This document shows, piece after piece, positions 1 through 10,439 of a DNA stretch of 64,000 nt (its first letter is position 1; the number at the start of each line of letters is the position of its first letter). This DNA comes from an uncultured bacterium. GTDB taxonomy: Bacteria; Patescibacteriota; Dojkabacteria; SC72. The DNA is taken from positions 1,057 to 65,056 of the forward strand of contig CAIMEL010000024.1 of the NCBI GenBank assembly GCA_903840015.1, given 5' to 3'. Under the pieces are notes generated by a model. The model was not told the DNA's origin. It searched no databases and saw only the letters and a program-made list of their open reading frames with translations. The position numbers and the translations under genes are program-made.

Positions 1-1520
1 GTGCCCCAGATAATTATGAAAACAAGTCACTTCTTCTTAGGGTTGGAGATAATATTAAGCTGTCTGACTTAGCATCACAGTTAATCTCCATGCGATATAC
101 AAGAGATACATACGATTTTACAGCAGGGGTATTTAGAATATCAGGAGATATTGTAGAGATTTTTCCACCATATGAAGAATCTTCATTCAGAATCGAAATG
201 TGGGGTAACAGCATAGAAAATATCACTAAGGTACACCCCCTTACCAAACAAAGCATTTCAAAACAGAATGAAGTCATAATCTTCCCTGCAACTTCATTAG
301 TATATTCCAAAGATATAATAGAGGGTGCTGTTGAGAGAATTCAACACGATCTTGATAGTCGAGTAAGTTTTCTAAAAAATATTGGTAAGGAAATGGAGGC
401 ATACAGGTTACAACAAAAAACAAACTATGATATAGAGATGCTGAGAGAAGTTGGATATTGTAAAAGTATGGAAAACTACTCAATATATTTTGATGGTAGA
501 AAACCTGGTGAACCTCCATATACCCTACTCGACTACTTTCCGAAGGATTATTTACTCTTTGTAGATGAGTCACATATTACAATACCCCAAGTTGGGGGAA
601 TGTATAACGGGGACAAGGTAAGAAAAGATAATTTGATTGAATACGGATTCCGATTGCCAACTGCAAGAGATAACAGACCTTTGAAATTCGAAGAATTTAG
701 GAAAAAGCAGGGAACTACAATATATCTCTCGGCAACACCATCTGAATGGGAATTGCAAGACAGCAATATGAATATAGTTGAGCTATTAACAAGACCAACA
801 GGACTCTTAGATCCAGTTCTAACAGTACGCCCAACACAAAACCAAATAGATGATGTAATTAAGGAAATTAGAATCAATACAGAAAAAGGACAGAGGGTTT
901 TGGTTACAACCTTAACAAAAAAGATGGCAGAGGATCTCACCTCATATCTTAAAGAAATTGATATTAAAGTACAGTACCTTCATTCTGATATAGATACAGT
1001 AGAGAGAGTCGATATTCTAAGAGATTTAAGACTCGGAGAATATGATGTCCTAGTAGGAATAAATCTTCTAAGGGAGGGAATTGATTTACCAGAGGTGTCT
1101 CTTGTAATAATTCTTGATGCTGACAAAGAAGGTTTCTTAAGGTCAAAAACAAGCCTTGTTCAAACAATTGGAAGAGCAGCAAGACATGTCGAGGGAAGAG
1201 TAATCATGTATGCAGATAAAATTACGGAAAGTATGCAATACGCAATTGATGAAACCAAACGAAGAAGAGAATATCAAGAACAATACAATTTAGAAAACAA
1301 TATTGTTCCAACAAGTATCAAAAAGGATATTCGAGAAAGATTGGTCGAAGAGGATAACAAAGAAGAAACAGAACTGGAGATTGAAAAATTAGATATTAAA
1401 CAGAAGAAACTTTTGATAAAAGAGCTAGAAAAAGATATGCTCCTAGAGGCAGATCTGCTACATTTTGAAAAAGCTGCAGAAATAAGAGATCAAATTAAAG
1501 ATATACAAAGCTCATTATGA
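1..1520 (+). CDS. uvrB: Excinuclease ABC subunit B (5'-truncated by the window edge)
   Basis: Frame is open from base 3. Helicase motifs VDESH, SATP, GINLLREGIDLPEV and QTIGRAAR; C-terminal UVR coil FEKAAEIRD. Confidence 0.97.
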   Translation, partial: APDNYENKSLLLRVGDNIKLSDLASQLISMRYTRDTYDFTAGVFRISGDIVEIFPPYEESSFRIEMWGNSIENITKVHPLTKQSISKQNEVIIFPATSLVYSKDIIEGAVERIQHDLDSRVSFLKNIGKEMEAYRLQQKTNYDIEMLREVGYCKSMENYSIYFDGRKPGEPPYTLLDYFPKDYLLFVDESHITIPQVGGMYNGDKVRKDNLIEYGFRLPTARDNRPLKFEEFRKKQGTTIYLSATPSEWELQDSNMNIVELLTRPTGLLDPVLTVRPTQNQIDDVIKEIRINTEKGQRVLVTTLTKKMAEDLTSYLKEIDIKVQYLHSDIDTVERVDILRDLRLGEYDVLVGINLLREGIDLPEVSLVIILDADKEGFLRSKTSLVQTIGRAARHVEGRVIMYADKITESMQYAIDETKRRREYQEQYNLENNIVPTSIKKDIRERLVEEDNKEETELEIEKLDIKQKKLLIKELEKDMLLEADLLHFEKAAEIRDQIKDIQSSL

Positions 1521-2269
1521 GAATAAAATACTTAGAAAACAAAATAGATCCTAGAGTTCAGAATTTTAATCAATTAATTCAAGAAAAATTTCCGAAATTG
1601 TTAAGAGAGAAAAATCCAGAACTATTCCTAGTCGCAGGAGGAGATGGTGCTATGCTTCATGCAATTCATCAGAATATTAACGAAGGGATACCTTTCCTTG
1701 GCAAAGCTATGGGTACATTAAATTTCTTGATGAACCAATTTGAAAATGATACTGAAACTATACAAAAGCTACTCAACGACAAACAGGAAATCTCTTGCTT
1801 TTCCTCGAATGCAATTGAAGTATCAATGAACGGGAAGAAGCTTGGAGAAGCAGTAAATGATGTCATCCTTGGAGATAAATTAACCAACTATTTCTCATAT
1901 ACCATATCAACAGAATTAGGTGATTTTGATAACTTTGAAATAAAAGGTTCCGGTATCTGTATTAGTACAGTAATTGGTTCAACAGCATTTAACTACAACA
2001 ACAATGGTCAAATACTACCTTTAAACTCCGGTCTACTATCGATAACAGGTGTTGTTTCCAACAGATATTTGAACGATATTATCCCTATACAAGAAATAAC
2101 AATCCAATGTAGTGGCGGTAACATTTACCTTTCCAATATTAACTCCGCTAAATTCAAAAAAGATGATATATTAACTCTAAGAAAAGGATCTGAAATTCAA
2201 TTAGCTTTTTTGGATAAGGGAGAATTTCTAAAGAGAAGAATAGACATTGCAAATAGGTATAGAAAATAA
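1517..2269 (+). CDS. nadK: NAD(+) kinase family protein
   Basis: GGDG motif, GTLNFL, AVND, and STVIGSTAFN (TPxGSTAY-like); ATGA overlap with the uvrB stop. Confidence 0.8.
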   Translation: MRIKYLENKIDPRVQNFNQLIQEKFPKLLREKNPELFLVAGGDGAMLHAIHQNINEGIPFLGKAMGTLNFLMNQFENDTETIQKLLNDKQEISCFSSNAIEVSMNGKKLGEAVNDVILGDKLTNYFSYTISTELGDFDNFEIKGSGICISTVIGSTAFNYNNNGQILPLNSGLLSITGVVSNRYLNDIIPIQEITIQCSGGNIYLSNINSAKFKKDDILTLRKGSEIQLAFLDKGEFLKRRIDIANRYRK

Positions 2270-2286
2270 ATTGTTAAGAAATAGCT

Positions 2287-2562
2287 ATGCATAGAGGAGA
2301 ATTACATCTTAACGGGGAGGAGTTGACCTCTCTTGTTAGCAATATAAGGTTTGATAACAACCCATTCCTTGGAGAAAAATTCCATAGTGCTGTAGAAAAT
2401 ATTCAGTTAGAATCAAATCAAATTTTTGTATCAGAGGAAGAACTAGAGTACTTGCTAGACGAAATCGGTGGAAGATCGGAAGAGGATCTAGTGTTACTTA
2501 GAAAAAAGCTATCTGAAACACTGATAAAGATAAGAGGCCAAATGGAAAGTTGCGGGACATAG
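2287..2562 (+). CDS. Hypothetical protein (91 aa)
   Basis: ORF with typical composition in an otherwise empty gap; its 3' end overlaps the tRNA-Gln on the opposite strand. Confidence 0.6.
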   Translation: MHRGELHLNGEELTSLVSNIRFDNNPFLGEKFHSAVENIQLESNQIFVSEEELEYLLDEIGGRSEEDLVLLRKKLSETLIKIRGQMESCGT

Positions 2563-2620
2563 ACTCGAACTATGATTCACGGCTTCAAAGGCCGGTGTCC
2601 TACCATTAGACGATCCCGCA
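2550..2620 (-). tRNA. tRNA-Gln (TTG)
   Basis: Reverse complement TGCGGGATCGTCTAATGGTAGGAC...CTTTGAA...GTTCGAGTCTATGTCCCGCAA folds as a cloverleaf; no encoded CCA. Confidence 0.93.
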
Positions 2621-2688
2621 TTAAAACTTAAGAATTATACTATACATGTATAATAAATAGGAAGAATAATATATATTAGACCAAACTA

Positions 2689-3777
2689 ATGCCATTCTTC
2701 AATAAAAAGAAAACAGTACGAACATCACGTATAATAATGCCCTTGAAGAAACAAAACTATATACCCAAAAGAAGTAAGAAAGGTATACAGTTTTTTAAGA
2801 AAAAAGAGCACCACGGAAATAGACAACAAAAATCCCTGTCTCCGGTTTTCAAAATTTTATTCCTATTCCTAATATTTGGCGCAATCATATATGCAGCAGT
2901 ACTAATCGTTGAAAAGATGAGAAATAACGATCCCCTTGCAAACTACGAAACCCAATATGTTATTGGACTTAACAATATCCCAACCTATCCTTTCTCACAA
3001 TTCATCTTCCAGAAAACACTCGAGGAACCATCTGTTGCCAACTTTATTAGCAATGGGAACTCTGCTTACCGATTACCGTTAAACAAAACCGTTGACGATG
3101 CTTACCTGTTCTACTCAGAAGAATTACCTCTCTTAAATTGGCAACATGTGCTCTCTGTTCCTGTTGGGTCCGAAGAAATGAAATCAGGGGAATACTGGGT
3201 AAAAGACAATGAGGCACTAAGAATATATTCCAAATTTAACGATATTTGGTATGAGATGATTACCGTCGAGGAGGCTTACAACGGCCTCAGCGAAAGAGTA
3301 AAGAAAGAGGTAGAAAGAGATCTGCTCTTGGCGAACAAGGAACTGCAGGATCTACTTCCAGACTTCCCGTGGATTCTCAAAATACCAAAGGAATATGTGA
3401 TTTCATACAGATCTGCAAATTACAAAGACAATCGTACAGTAGAATTAAAGAAACTAGGCTCTGAAGAGAAAATAACTCTCACACCAATAACAGCCAACAA
3501 TGGAAGCCCTTTAGATACATATTTGGATAACTATATAAAACTTCTGAATAAAGATTCCAAACAAAATTGGGGAATAACAAAAACGGTTCTAACCTATACT
3601 GAATATGGTAGAGCACTGAAAGGTGACATAAATTCCGGTGAAGAAAGACACGAGGTTGCCGTCCTAATAAACCCAAAAGACAACTTAGTGTACGTACTAG
3701 ATTGCAACATCACGGGGAATCCGTTTTTTGAATTTGTTTTAGCCAATTTAAAACCACAAGACTCATTCAAGTATTAA
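2689..3777 (+). CDS. Single-pass membrane protein of unknown function
   Basis: Basic N-terminus, one hydrophobic helix (ILFLFLIFGAIIYAAVLIV) and a large soluble domain. Confidence 0.75.
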   Translation: MPFFNKKKTVRTSRIIMPLKKQNYIPKRSKKGIQFFKKKEHHGNRQQKSLSPVFKILFLFLIFGAIIYAAVLIVEKMRNNDPLANYETQYVIGLNNIPTYPFSQFIFQKTLEEPSVANFISNGNSAYRLPLNKTVDDAYLFYSEELPLLNWQHVLSVPVGSEEMKSGEYWVKDNEALRIYSKFNDIWYEMITVEEAYNGLSERVKKEVERDLLLANKELQDLLPDFPWILKIPKEYVISYRSANYKDNRTVELKKLGSEEKITLTPITANNGSPLDTYLDNYIKLLNKDSKQNWGITKTVLTYTEYGRALKGDINSGEERHEVAVLINPKDNLVYVLDCNITGNPFFEFVLANLKPQDSFKY

Positions 3778-5227
3778 GGGCTTCTTTCAAATCAATTGAT
3801 ATCTTGCGATTTTTTACTACAGTATTAATATCATCGACAGATGCTTTCTTTAGACCCTCAATATCTTTGAATGTTTTAATAAGTTCTTTACGACGGACAG
3901 AACCAATACCCGGAACTTTCTCTAGTTGCGAATTGATCATTGATCTAGAACGAGCTTTTCGATGATGCAAAATTGCAAATCTATGAGCTTCATCACGAAG
4001 TTCAATCAAAATCTGATTGTTTTCTATCTTTGCTTCAAGAATTGAATTATCCTTTACAAGCCAAAACTCATCCACTAACCTACCACCCTTTCTCTTAAAT
4101 CGTTTACCCTTAGAAATACCAAGCAATGAAATCCCTTTTGGGATACTACTCTTCAATGTTGATAGCTGAGTTTTCCCTCCATCTACAAGCAGTAACTCTG
4201 GCAGACTAGCATATTTTTTCAAATTTTCTTTTGCAAACCTTCTCTGAAAAACCTCAGCAAGCATTTCAGGATCATTTGGTGTTTGTAGTTTCTTAATTTT
4301 GAAAATTCTATATTCCGAAGAAAGTATCTCTCCATCTACAGCAACGACCATGGAACCGTATGCATGTTGTCCTTGAATATTTGAGATATCGTAACATTCT
4401 ATTCGATTTAGTTTTGTAAGACCTAATTCTATTTTAAGTAATTCAAATTTGCTTTTTAACAAAGCTTTTCGCCTAGAGGCATAACTTTCTTCTGTATCTT
4501 CCCTTTCAAAATCAATCTTTTCCGAGAGATACTTCATATCCGTAATTCTATCTCTCAAAAGAGCAGCCTTTTCATACTGCTTAGATTTGGAATACATTCG
4601 CATATCCTTTTCTAATTTAGAGATATGGCCCATTTTCTTACCTTGAAGAAATTTAATTATCTCATTTATATTTCTTCTGTATTCTGCCTTTGATATATGG
4701 CCCTGGTATGGACCGGGACAAAGTCCAAGGTGGAAATAAAGACACTCCCTGTTTTGTTTCTTGGTACAGGTACAAAAAGGATACATTTTTCGTAGATAGG
4801 AAAACATTCTCTTGATTGTATATCCACTTGGGTATGGTCCAAATAATCTACCTCGAGCTACCTCTCCATTCGTTATTTTCTTTACAATTTTAACAGTTGG
4901 GAAGACCTCTTTAGTAGATATATATATCCAAGAATACGATTTATCATCTTTTAGGTCCGTATTATATTTAGGCTGATACTTTTTGATTAAGAGAGACTCC
5001 AAAACTAGAGATTCAATCTCGTTATTCGTTTCTTGAATCTCCACATTATTAATGAATGGCAACATTAAACGAATCCTCGGTCTGTCGTACAAATCGTTTA
5101 GGAAGTATGACTTTACCCTACTGCGGAGATTTATTGCTTTCCCAACATAGAGTATGACACCATCCTTATCTAAGAATTTATAGATACCTGGCTTTTCTGG
5201 GAGTAATTCTAATTTGTCTAATTTCAT
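3767..5227 (-). CDS. uvrC: Excinuclease ABC subunit C
   Basis: GIY-YIG (PGIYKF...LYVGKAINLRSRV), Cys cluster, UVR coil, RIECYDIS, LVDGG, LRDEAHRFA and C-terminal HhH. Confidence 0.97.
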   Translation of the reverse strand: MKLDKLELLPEKPGIYKFLDKDGVILYVGKAINLRSRVKSYFLNDLYDRPRIRLMLPFINNVEIQETNNEIESLVLESLLIKKYQPKYNTDLKDDKSYSWIYISTKEVFPTVKIVKKITNGEVARGRLFGPYPSGYTIKRMFSYLRKMYPFCTCTKKQNRECLYFHLGLCPGPYQGHISKAEYRRNINEIIKFLQGKKMGHISKLEKDMRMYSKSKQYEKAALLRDRITDMKYLSEKIDFEREDTEESYASRRKALLKSKFELLKIELGLTKLNRIECYDISNIQGQHAYGSMVVAVDGEILSSEYRIFKIKKLQTPNDPEMLAEVFQRRFAKENLKKYASLPELLLVDGGKTQLSTLKSSIPKGISLLGISKGKRFKRKGGRLVDEFWLVKDNSILEAKIENNQILIELRDEAHRFAILHHRKARSRSMINSQLEKVPGIGSVRRKELIKTFKDIEGLKKASVDDINTVVKNRKISIDLKEALNT

Positions 5228-5238
5228 ACCCTATTATA

Positions 5239-8200
5239 TCAGGCGGGAAAGCGTCTCATCCATTTTTGACACTCTTCATCATTCATAATTTTCTTGTTCA
5301 AAACCACCTTCTTACTTTCAATTCCATCGTTCACAATTATTCTGACAGTGGTATCTCCTTGAGAGTTTTCGATAAAGGCTTTAAGTTCAGCTATTTCTTC
5401 CTCCCCGTGCATAGCTGTAATTTTGAATGTTACACCCTCGAATTTTGATGTGTGTTTTGTTTCGTCAATATATTTTGCTTTCTCCACAACAACACTTTTC
5501 TCACCATCTCGAACATTTAATCTCCCTGCTATTAAAATTGGCTTGTTTGCTTCCAAAGAGTCTTTAAGTTCTTGGTATACCCTTGGGAAAATTATTGCAT
5601 CGGTAGTTGCAGTTTTGTCTTCAATTGTTAAGAAAGCCATAACATCACCTTTTTTTGTTGTAATTTTTCTAATCTTTGAAACCATAACTCCGAGGATGAC
5701 TACTGCATTGTTCTTTTTGTTTTCTAATACATCAGCCAGAGGTGTAACATTTCTACTTTCAAAAAATTCTTGAAGATTATCCAGGGGATGACTTGAAAAA
5801 TACATACCAAGGAGTTCTTTCTCCCATTGTAATATCTTTCCCGTATCAACCTTGTCTTTTAGAGGCAATGGTGTCTCATCAACTGTTTGAGTAGAGTGTC
5901 CACCATCCATAGAGAATATATCTATCTGTCCGATTTCTTGGCTTTTTCTTCTGGCTTTTTCCTTTTCATATACCTCTGGAAACACCTCTATCAAAGCCTC
6001 TCTTTCACCAAAAGAATCCATAGTACCAGACATAATTAGATATTCTATTCCTTTCTTACTTACAGACTCGAATACTCGGTGAACGAAATCATCTAGGTGG
6101 GCATATACTCCATTCTCATCTCTTTCTTCAACAATTCTTTGGACTAAATCATCTCCAACATTTTTAATTCCTCCCAAACCGAATCGAATGCTCCTATCAC
6201 CTTCGGTAGTAAAGTAATATCGACTTTGATTAATATCTGGAGGTAGAACATCTATACCTAATCTTTCACACTCCTTCAAATCTATTATCACCCTATCAAA
6301 TTTTTCTAAATCTCCCTCTAAGAGAGCAGCCATAAATTCGAGTGGGTAATATGCTTTGAGATATGCAGTCCAGTATGCAATCGTTGCATAGGAAGCACTG
6401 TGGGCTTTGTTAAAACCGTAGTTAGCGAATTGAAGTAACTTGTCCCAGAGTTTTTCGACTTTCTCTCCCTCAAAGCCTCTACTTTTTGCACCTTCCACAA
6501 ACACAGGCTTTTCAGCTTCCATTACCTCTACCTTCTTTTTACCCATAGCTCTTCTTAGAATGTCTGCTTTACCTAGTGAGTATCCAGCAATAATCTGTGC
6601 AATTTTCATAACTTGCTCCTGATATGTGATGACTCCTTTTGTGATTGAGAGCACTGGTTCTAGTTCAGGGAAGATATAGTCAGGGTCCTGCTTACCTTCT
6701 TTAACAGCAACGTATTCAGAGATGTACTGCATTGGGCCTGGTCTGTAGGCGGAGAGGATATAGCAGATGTCCTCCTGAGATTCTGGTTTCAATGCTCTGA
6801 TGGTTCTCTTCATTCCCTCACTTTCAAGTTGAAAGAGACCAACTGTATGACCAGAGCGAAGCAATTCGAAAGCTTTAGCATCTTTTGGATCTATATCTCG
6901 CAAAACTATTTTTTCACCTCTCTGTTTTTCTATCTTCTTTAATGCAGCTCCAATTATATTAAGATTTCTAAGACCCAAGAAATCATATTTCATCAATCCT
7001 AAGGGCTCTATATCAAACATCTCGTACTGGGTCATACCCATACCACCTCCATGTGAGTCTCGTTGTATTGGACAATATTCAACGACAGGTTCTGGGGTTA
7101 TCAAAATACCACAGGCATGCGTAGATACTCCTCTACAAAGGCCCGAAACTTTTCTAACTATGTTCGCAAGTTCTTTAGTTTTCTCAGAAGAGTTAATTAT
7201 TTCAGCAAATTCTGGATTATGCTCTATCATATAGTCAATTGGCTTTGATTTGCCGAAAACTATCTCAACCATCTTTGACAAAGAATCTGCTGTTTGTAGA
7301 TCTACCCCTATTACCCTGGCGACATCACGGATAGCCTGACGAGTTTGTAATTTACTGAATGTACCAATCTGTTTAACATTCTCCGCACCATACTTCTTTA
7401 TGGTATATTCAATCACTTCACCTCTTCGTTTATCTGCAATATCAATATCAAAATCAGGAGGACTTGGTCTTTCTGGATTGAGGAAACGCTCAAAGTAAAG
7501 TTCCCACGACACTGGCTCTATATCCGTAATATCACAAGAGTATGCTACTACAGAACCACAACCAGAACCTCTCATACCGACTACAATGTCATTGTTTCTA
7601 CAGAATGCTATGAAATCACGCACGACTAAGAAATAGTCATCGTAGCCTTTACTATGGATAATTTCTAATTCATATTCAATTCTAGATTCCAATTCTTTTG
7701 TGATATCTCCATACTTCTTCTTAGCTCCTTCATATGTTATTTCTTTCAGATATGACTTAGCTGTCATTCCTTTCGGAAGATCTAAGTATGGAGTTTCGAC
7801 TCTTTGGAAGGTAATATCGAAAACTTCAATTTCATCTGCGATCTTCGCTGTGTTAGCTATAGCTTCGGGAATATCTTTAAATAGTAGCTCCATCTCTTCG
7901 GGAGTTTTTACATAGAATTCATTTGTAGGCATTCGCCTTCTTTTTGGGTCCTCCATTGTATATCCATCACTGATACACCAAAGGATCTCCTGAATTTGAG
8001 CATCTTCCTTGTTAAGATAGTGAGCGTCACAGGTTGCCACCAATGGTAGATTTAATTCCTTTGCTATCCTAATCAATTCAACATTAGTAGTATCCTGTTC
8101 TTCCATACCGTTTTTCTGTATTTCGATATAGAAGTTGTCTTTAAAAAGCCTTGCATATCTCCCAGCATTCTCCTTGGCTAATTTGACATTATTTTGCATT

Positions 8201-8634
8201 ATCGGTCGTGCAACAGGACCTGCCAAACAGGCAGAAAGAGCTATTAGACCATCTGAATATTTTGACAGTGTTTCAAAATCTATCCTGGGTCTGTAGTAAA
8301 AACCATCCATATTCGACACTGAAACTATCTTCATTAAATTCTTGTAACCTTGATAGTTCTTAGCTAAAACGACCAAATGGAAATAGTTATTATCTATACC
8401 GTACTCCTTCTCCTGCATACTACGCGGAGCTATATATATCTCACAGCCAATAATGGGTTTGAGACCGGCGCTCTTCATCGCATCTTGAAATTTGAAAATA
8501 CCGTACATATTACCGTGATCTGTCACCGCACAAGCATTCATCCCACTGGATTGAAGTTTTCCGACTAAATCTGAAATTCTAATTGTAGCATCGAGTAACG
8601 AATACTCTGTGTGCAAGTGTAGATGAGTGAACAT
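5239..8634 (-). CDS. dnaE: DNA polymerase III subunit alpha
   Basis: HLHLHTEYSLLD PHP start, RGSG, FERFLNPER, PDFDID catalytic motif, YGFNKAH and OB fold; no intein-sized insertion. Confidence 0.98.
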   Translation of the reverse strand: MFTHLHLHTEYSLLDATIRISDLVGKLQSSGMNACAVTDHGNMYGIFKFQDAMKSAGLKPIIGCEIYIAPRSMQEKEYGIDNNYFHLVVLAKNYQGYKNLMKIVSVSNMDGFYYRPRIDFETLSKYSDGLIALSACLAGPVARPIMQNNVKLAKENAGRYARLFKDNFYIEIQKNGMEEQDTTNVELIRIAKELNLPLVATCDAHYLNKEDAQIQEILWCISDGYTMEDPKRRRMPTNEFYVKTPEEMELLFKDIPEAIANTAKIADEIEVFDITFQRVETPYLDLPKGMTAKSYLKEITYEGAKKKYGDITKELESRIEYELEIIHSKGYDDYFLVVRDFIAFCRNNDIVVGMRGSGCGSVVAYSCDITDIEPVSWELYFERFLNPERPSPPDFDIDIADKRRGEVIEYTIKKYGAENVKQIGTFSKLQTRQAIRDVARVIGVDLQTADSLSKMVEIVFGKSKPIDYMIEHNPEFAEIINSSEKTKELANIVRKVSGLCRGVSTHACGILITPEPVVEYCPIQRDSHGGGMGMTQYEMFDIEPLGLMKYDFLGLRNLNIIGAALKKIEKQRGEKIVLRDIDPKDAKAFELLRSGHTVGLFQLESEGMKRTIRALKPESQEDICYILSAYRPGPMQYISEYVAVKEGKQDPDYIFPELEPVLSITKGVITYQEQVMKIAQIIAGYSLGKADILRRAMGKKKVEVMEAEKPVFVEGAKSRGFEGEKVEKLWDKLLQFANYGFNKAHSASYATIAYWTAYLKAYYPLEFMAALLEGDLEKFDRVIIDLKECERLGIDVLPPDINQSRYYFTTEGDRSIRFGLGGIKNVGDDLVQRIVEERDENGVYAHLDDFVHRVFESVSKKGIEYLIMSGTMDSFGEREALIEVFPEVYEKEKARRKSQEIGQIDIFSMDGGHSTQTVDETPLPLKDKVDTGKILQWEKELLGMYFSSHPLDNLQEFFESRNVTPLADVLENKKNNAVVILGVMVSKIRKITTKKGDVMAFLTIEDKTATTDAIIFPRVYQELKDSLEANKPILIAGRLNVRDGEKSVVVEKAKYIDETKHTSKFEGVTFKITAMHGEEEIAELKAFIENSQGDTTVRIIVNDGIESKKVVLNKKIMNDEECQKWMRRFPA

Positions 8635-8670
8635 AACAAATATTGCCCCAATTTGATATACTAAATTATT

Positions 8671-9390
8671 ATGACAGAGCCAGTATCTCAGAACAAAAAC
8701 ATATCTCTGAAAGAGAAGATAGGTAGCTCTAATATTCTTAGAATTGTAGCATTTCTCTTACTTCTTGTATCTTACTATCTTACAATCTCTCCAAATATTG
8801 AGAAATATCTCTCAGAGAAGATATCTTCTGTTGCAAGGAATTCAAGCGAGGTGAATATCAATGTACTTTCACCGGTATTCGATATACATGTATATGCAGG
8901 AGAGTACAATCTCGAATCAAATCTTCAATCTAACAACAGTATTAGCAGAACAAAATTCTTTACTCTGGATCCTAGAATTCTTGCAATGAGCAAGTTTCTA
9001 ACAGACTATCACTCTCCAATGGCGAAATATGCAAATGTCTTCGTGGAAGAAGCAGACAAACATGGATTAGACTGGCGTTTAGTGGCATCCATATCTGGTG
9101 TAGAATCCGCTTTTGGGAATCTAATCCCAAGGGACTCAAACAATGCATGGGGTTGGAGAGGTATCAATGGAAATGAAAGAGGATGGAGTATGTTTGCAAC
9201 TTGGGAAGATGCAATTGTACATATTACTGAAAGATTGGCTCAGGGTTACGGTACTGATTTGACACCATTTGATATCGAAGCCACATACTGTCCTCCATGT
9301 GGAAGAAATCCTGAACATTTATGGGCAAATGGTGTTAATCGGTTCATGATTCAGTTACAATATTACGTAGATAATTTAGAAAATTTGTAG
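8671..9390 (+). CDS. Membrane-anchored lysozyme-fold (glucosaminidase/lytic transglycosylase-like) protein
   Basis: N-terminal TM; ADKHGLDWRLVASISGVESAFG with a putative catalytic Glu (ES), NNAWGW, and Y...W..GV tail. Confidence 0.7.
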   Translation: MTEPVSQNKNISLKEKIGSSNILRIVAFLLLLVSYYLTISPNIEKYLSEKISSVARNSSEVNINVLSPVFDIHVYAGEYNLESNLQSNNSISRTKFFTLDPRILAMSKFLTDYHSPMAKYANVFVEEADKHGLDWRLVASISGVESAFGNLIPRDSNNAWGWRGINGNERGWSMFATWEDAIVHITERLAQGYGTDLTPFDIEATYCPPCGRNPEHLWANGVNRFMIQLQYYVDNLENL

Positions 9391-9392
9391 AA

Positions 9393-9680
9393 ATGCTTAA
9401 GTTATTAATAAGATTGGCATATTTTGCTGCTATTTCCATAGAGGGGCTCATAATCTTAAGAATTGTTTTAACAATAATTAAAGCAAACTTGGAGAATTTA
9501 TTCGCAAGTTGGGTTATACATATAAGTAGTATGTTTGTGGAACCATTTGAAGGAATTGTTTCATCATCTTTGCGCATTAATGGTATGGAGATATCTCTCA
9601 CTGCATTTGTTGCACTTCTTTTTTACATAGTAGCTGCATTTGTACTTTCAGAATTACTAAAGTCCTTTGCTAGGGAATAA
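9393..9680 (+). CDS. YggT family membrane protein
   Basis: Two hydrophobic segments flanking LRIVL...AN..N.F...I...S..FVEPF. Confidence 0.75.
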   Translation: MLKLLIRLAYFAAISIEGLIILRIVLTIIKANLENLFASWVIHISSMFVEPFEGIVSSSLRINGMEISLTAFVALLFYIVAAFVLSELLKSFARE

Positions 9681-9704
9681 GGATTGATGTGATATAATAG
9701 CGAT

Positions 9705-10439
9705 ATGGCAAAAATAGACTTGAAACCAGTCTCTGGTCTTCCGATATCATACGAAAACGACCAGATTGTAACAAAAGATATGTCTTTCAAAGAGAAGAAA
9801 GTTGTAACTATCGATACTATTCGCCCACAGTTACTCAATAAAGAACTAGATTGCCCAGACATCTTCTATATCAAATACAAAATGCTTGATCAAAATGATA
9901 TATACCGAGAGAAGGGAGTACGCATTAATGTATATACTATGAAACCAAACCTAGCAGGTATTGAATTTGTGAAGACCAAAGTAACCAGATCCCGAAATTA
10001 TACGAGAATAATAGAAATTCTTTACGGTGGAGCAATAGTATTACTTCAAAGATACAGAACACCTAAAGACAACAAGATATACAAGCTTGTTGCTAAAAAA
10101 GGGCAAAAAATAATAGTACCTTCTGGGTATGATTTGGTTATTGTGAATACTCGTCAAAATTCAACCTTAATTTTTGCTGAATTCTCATGTACCAAAGCTA
10201 TTTCAAGAGTTGTGCTTGATGACAATAGCGGTATGGCATATTATGTTATTAGGAAGAATGCAAAACAGGAGGTTGTTAGGAATCCAAATTACAAGATTGT
10301 TAATGAACCTGACAAGATAGATATGGAGAAACTCATTCAATCACTTGGTATGACACCAAAGACCCCTGTAATAAAACAAATAATAAGAAAATATGAGAGG
10401 TTTGATTGGTTATTTAAAGAAAATACTGTTTCTTTCTAG
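9705..10439 (+). CDS. Cupin-type (archaeal-like) glucose-6-phosphate isomerase homolog, metal ligands apparently missing
   Basis: GIEFVKTK, ILYGGAIVLLQ, GQKIIVPSGY...VN, GMAYYV and RNPNY match the cupin PGI layout, but the His ligands are absent. Confidence 0.65.
   Translation: MAKIDLKPVSGLPISYENDQIVTKDMSFKEKKVVTIDTIRPQLLNKELDCPDIFYIKYKMLDQNDIYREKGVRINVYTMKPNLAGIEFVKTKVTRSRNYTRIIEILYGGAIVLLQRYRTPKDNKIYKLVAKKGQKIIVPSGYDLVIVNTRQNSTLIFAEFSCTKAISRVVLDDNSGMAYYVIRKNAKQEVVRNPNYKIVNEPDKIDMEKLIQSLGMTPKTPVIKQIIRKYERFDWLFKENTVSF

Noticed and set aside
5239-8634. Intein or intron in dnaE
   Set aside because: Length and motif spacing are normal, and no intein splice motifs were seen.
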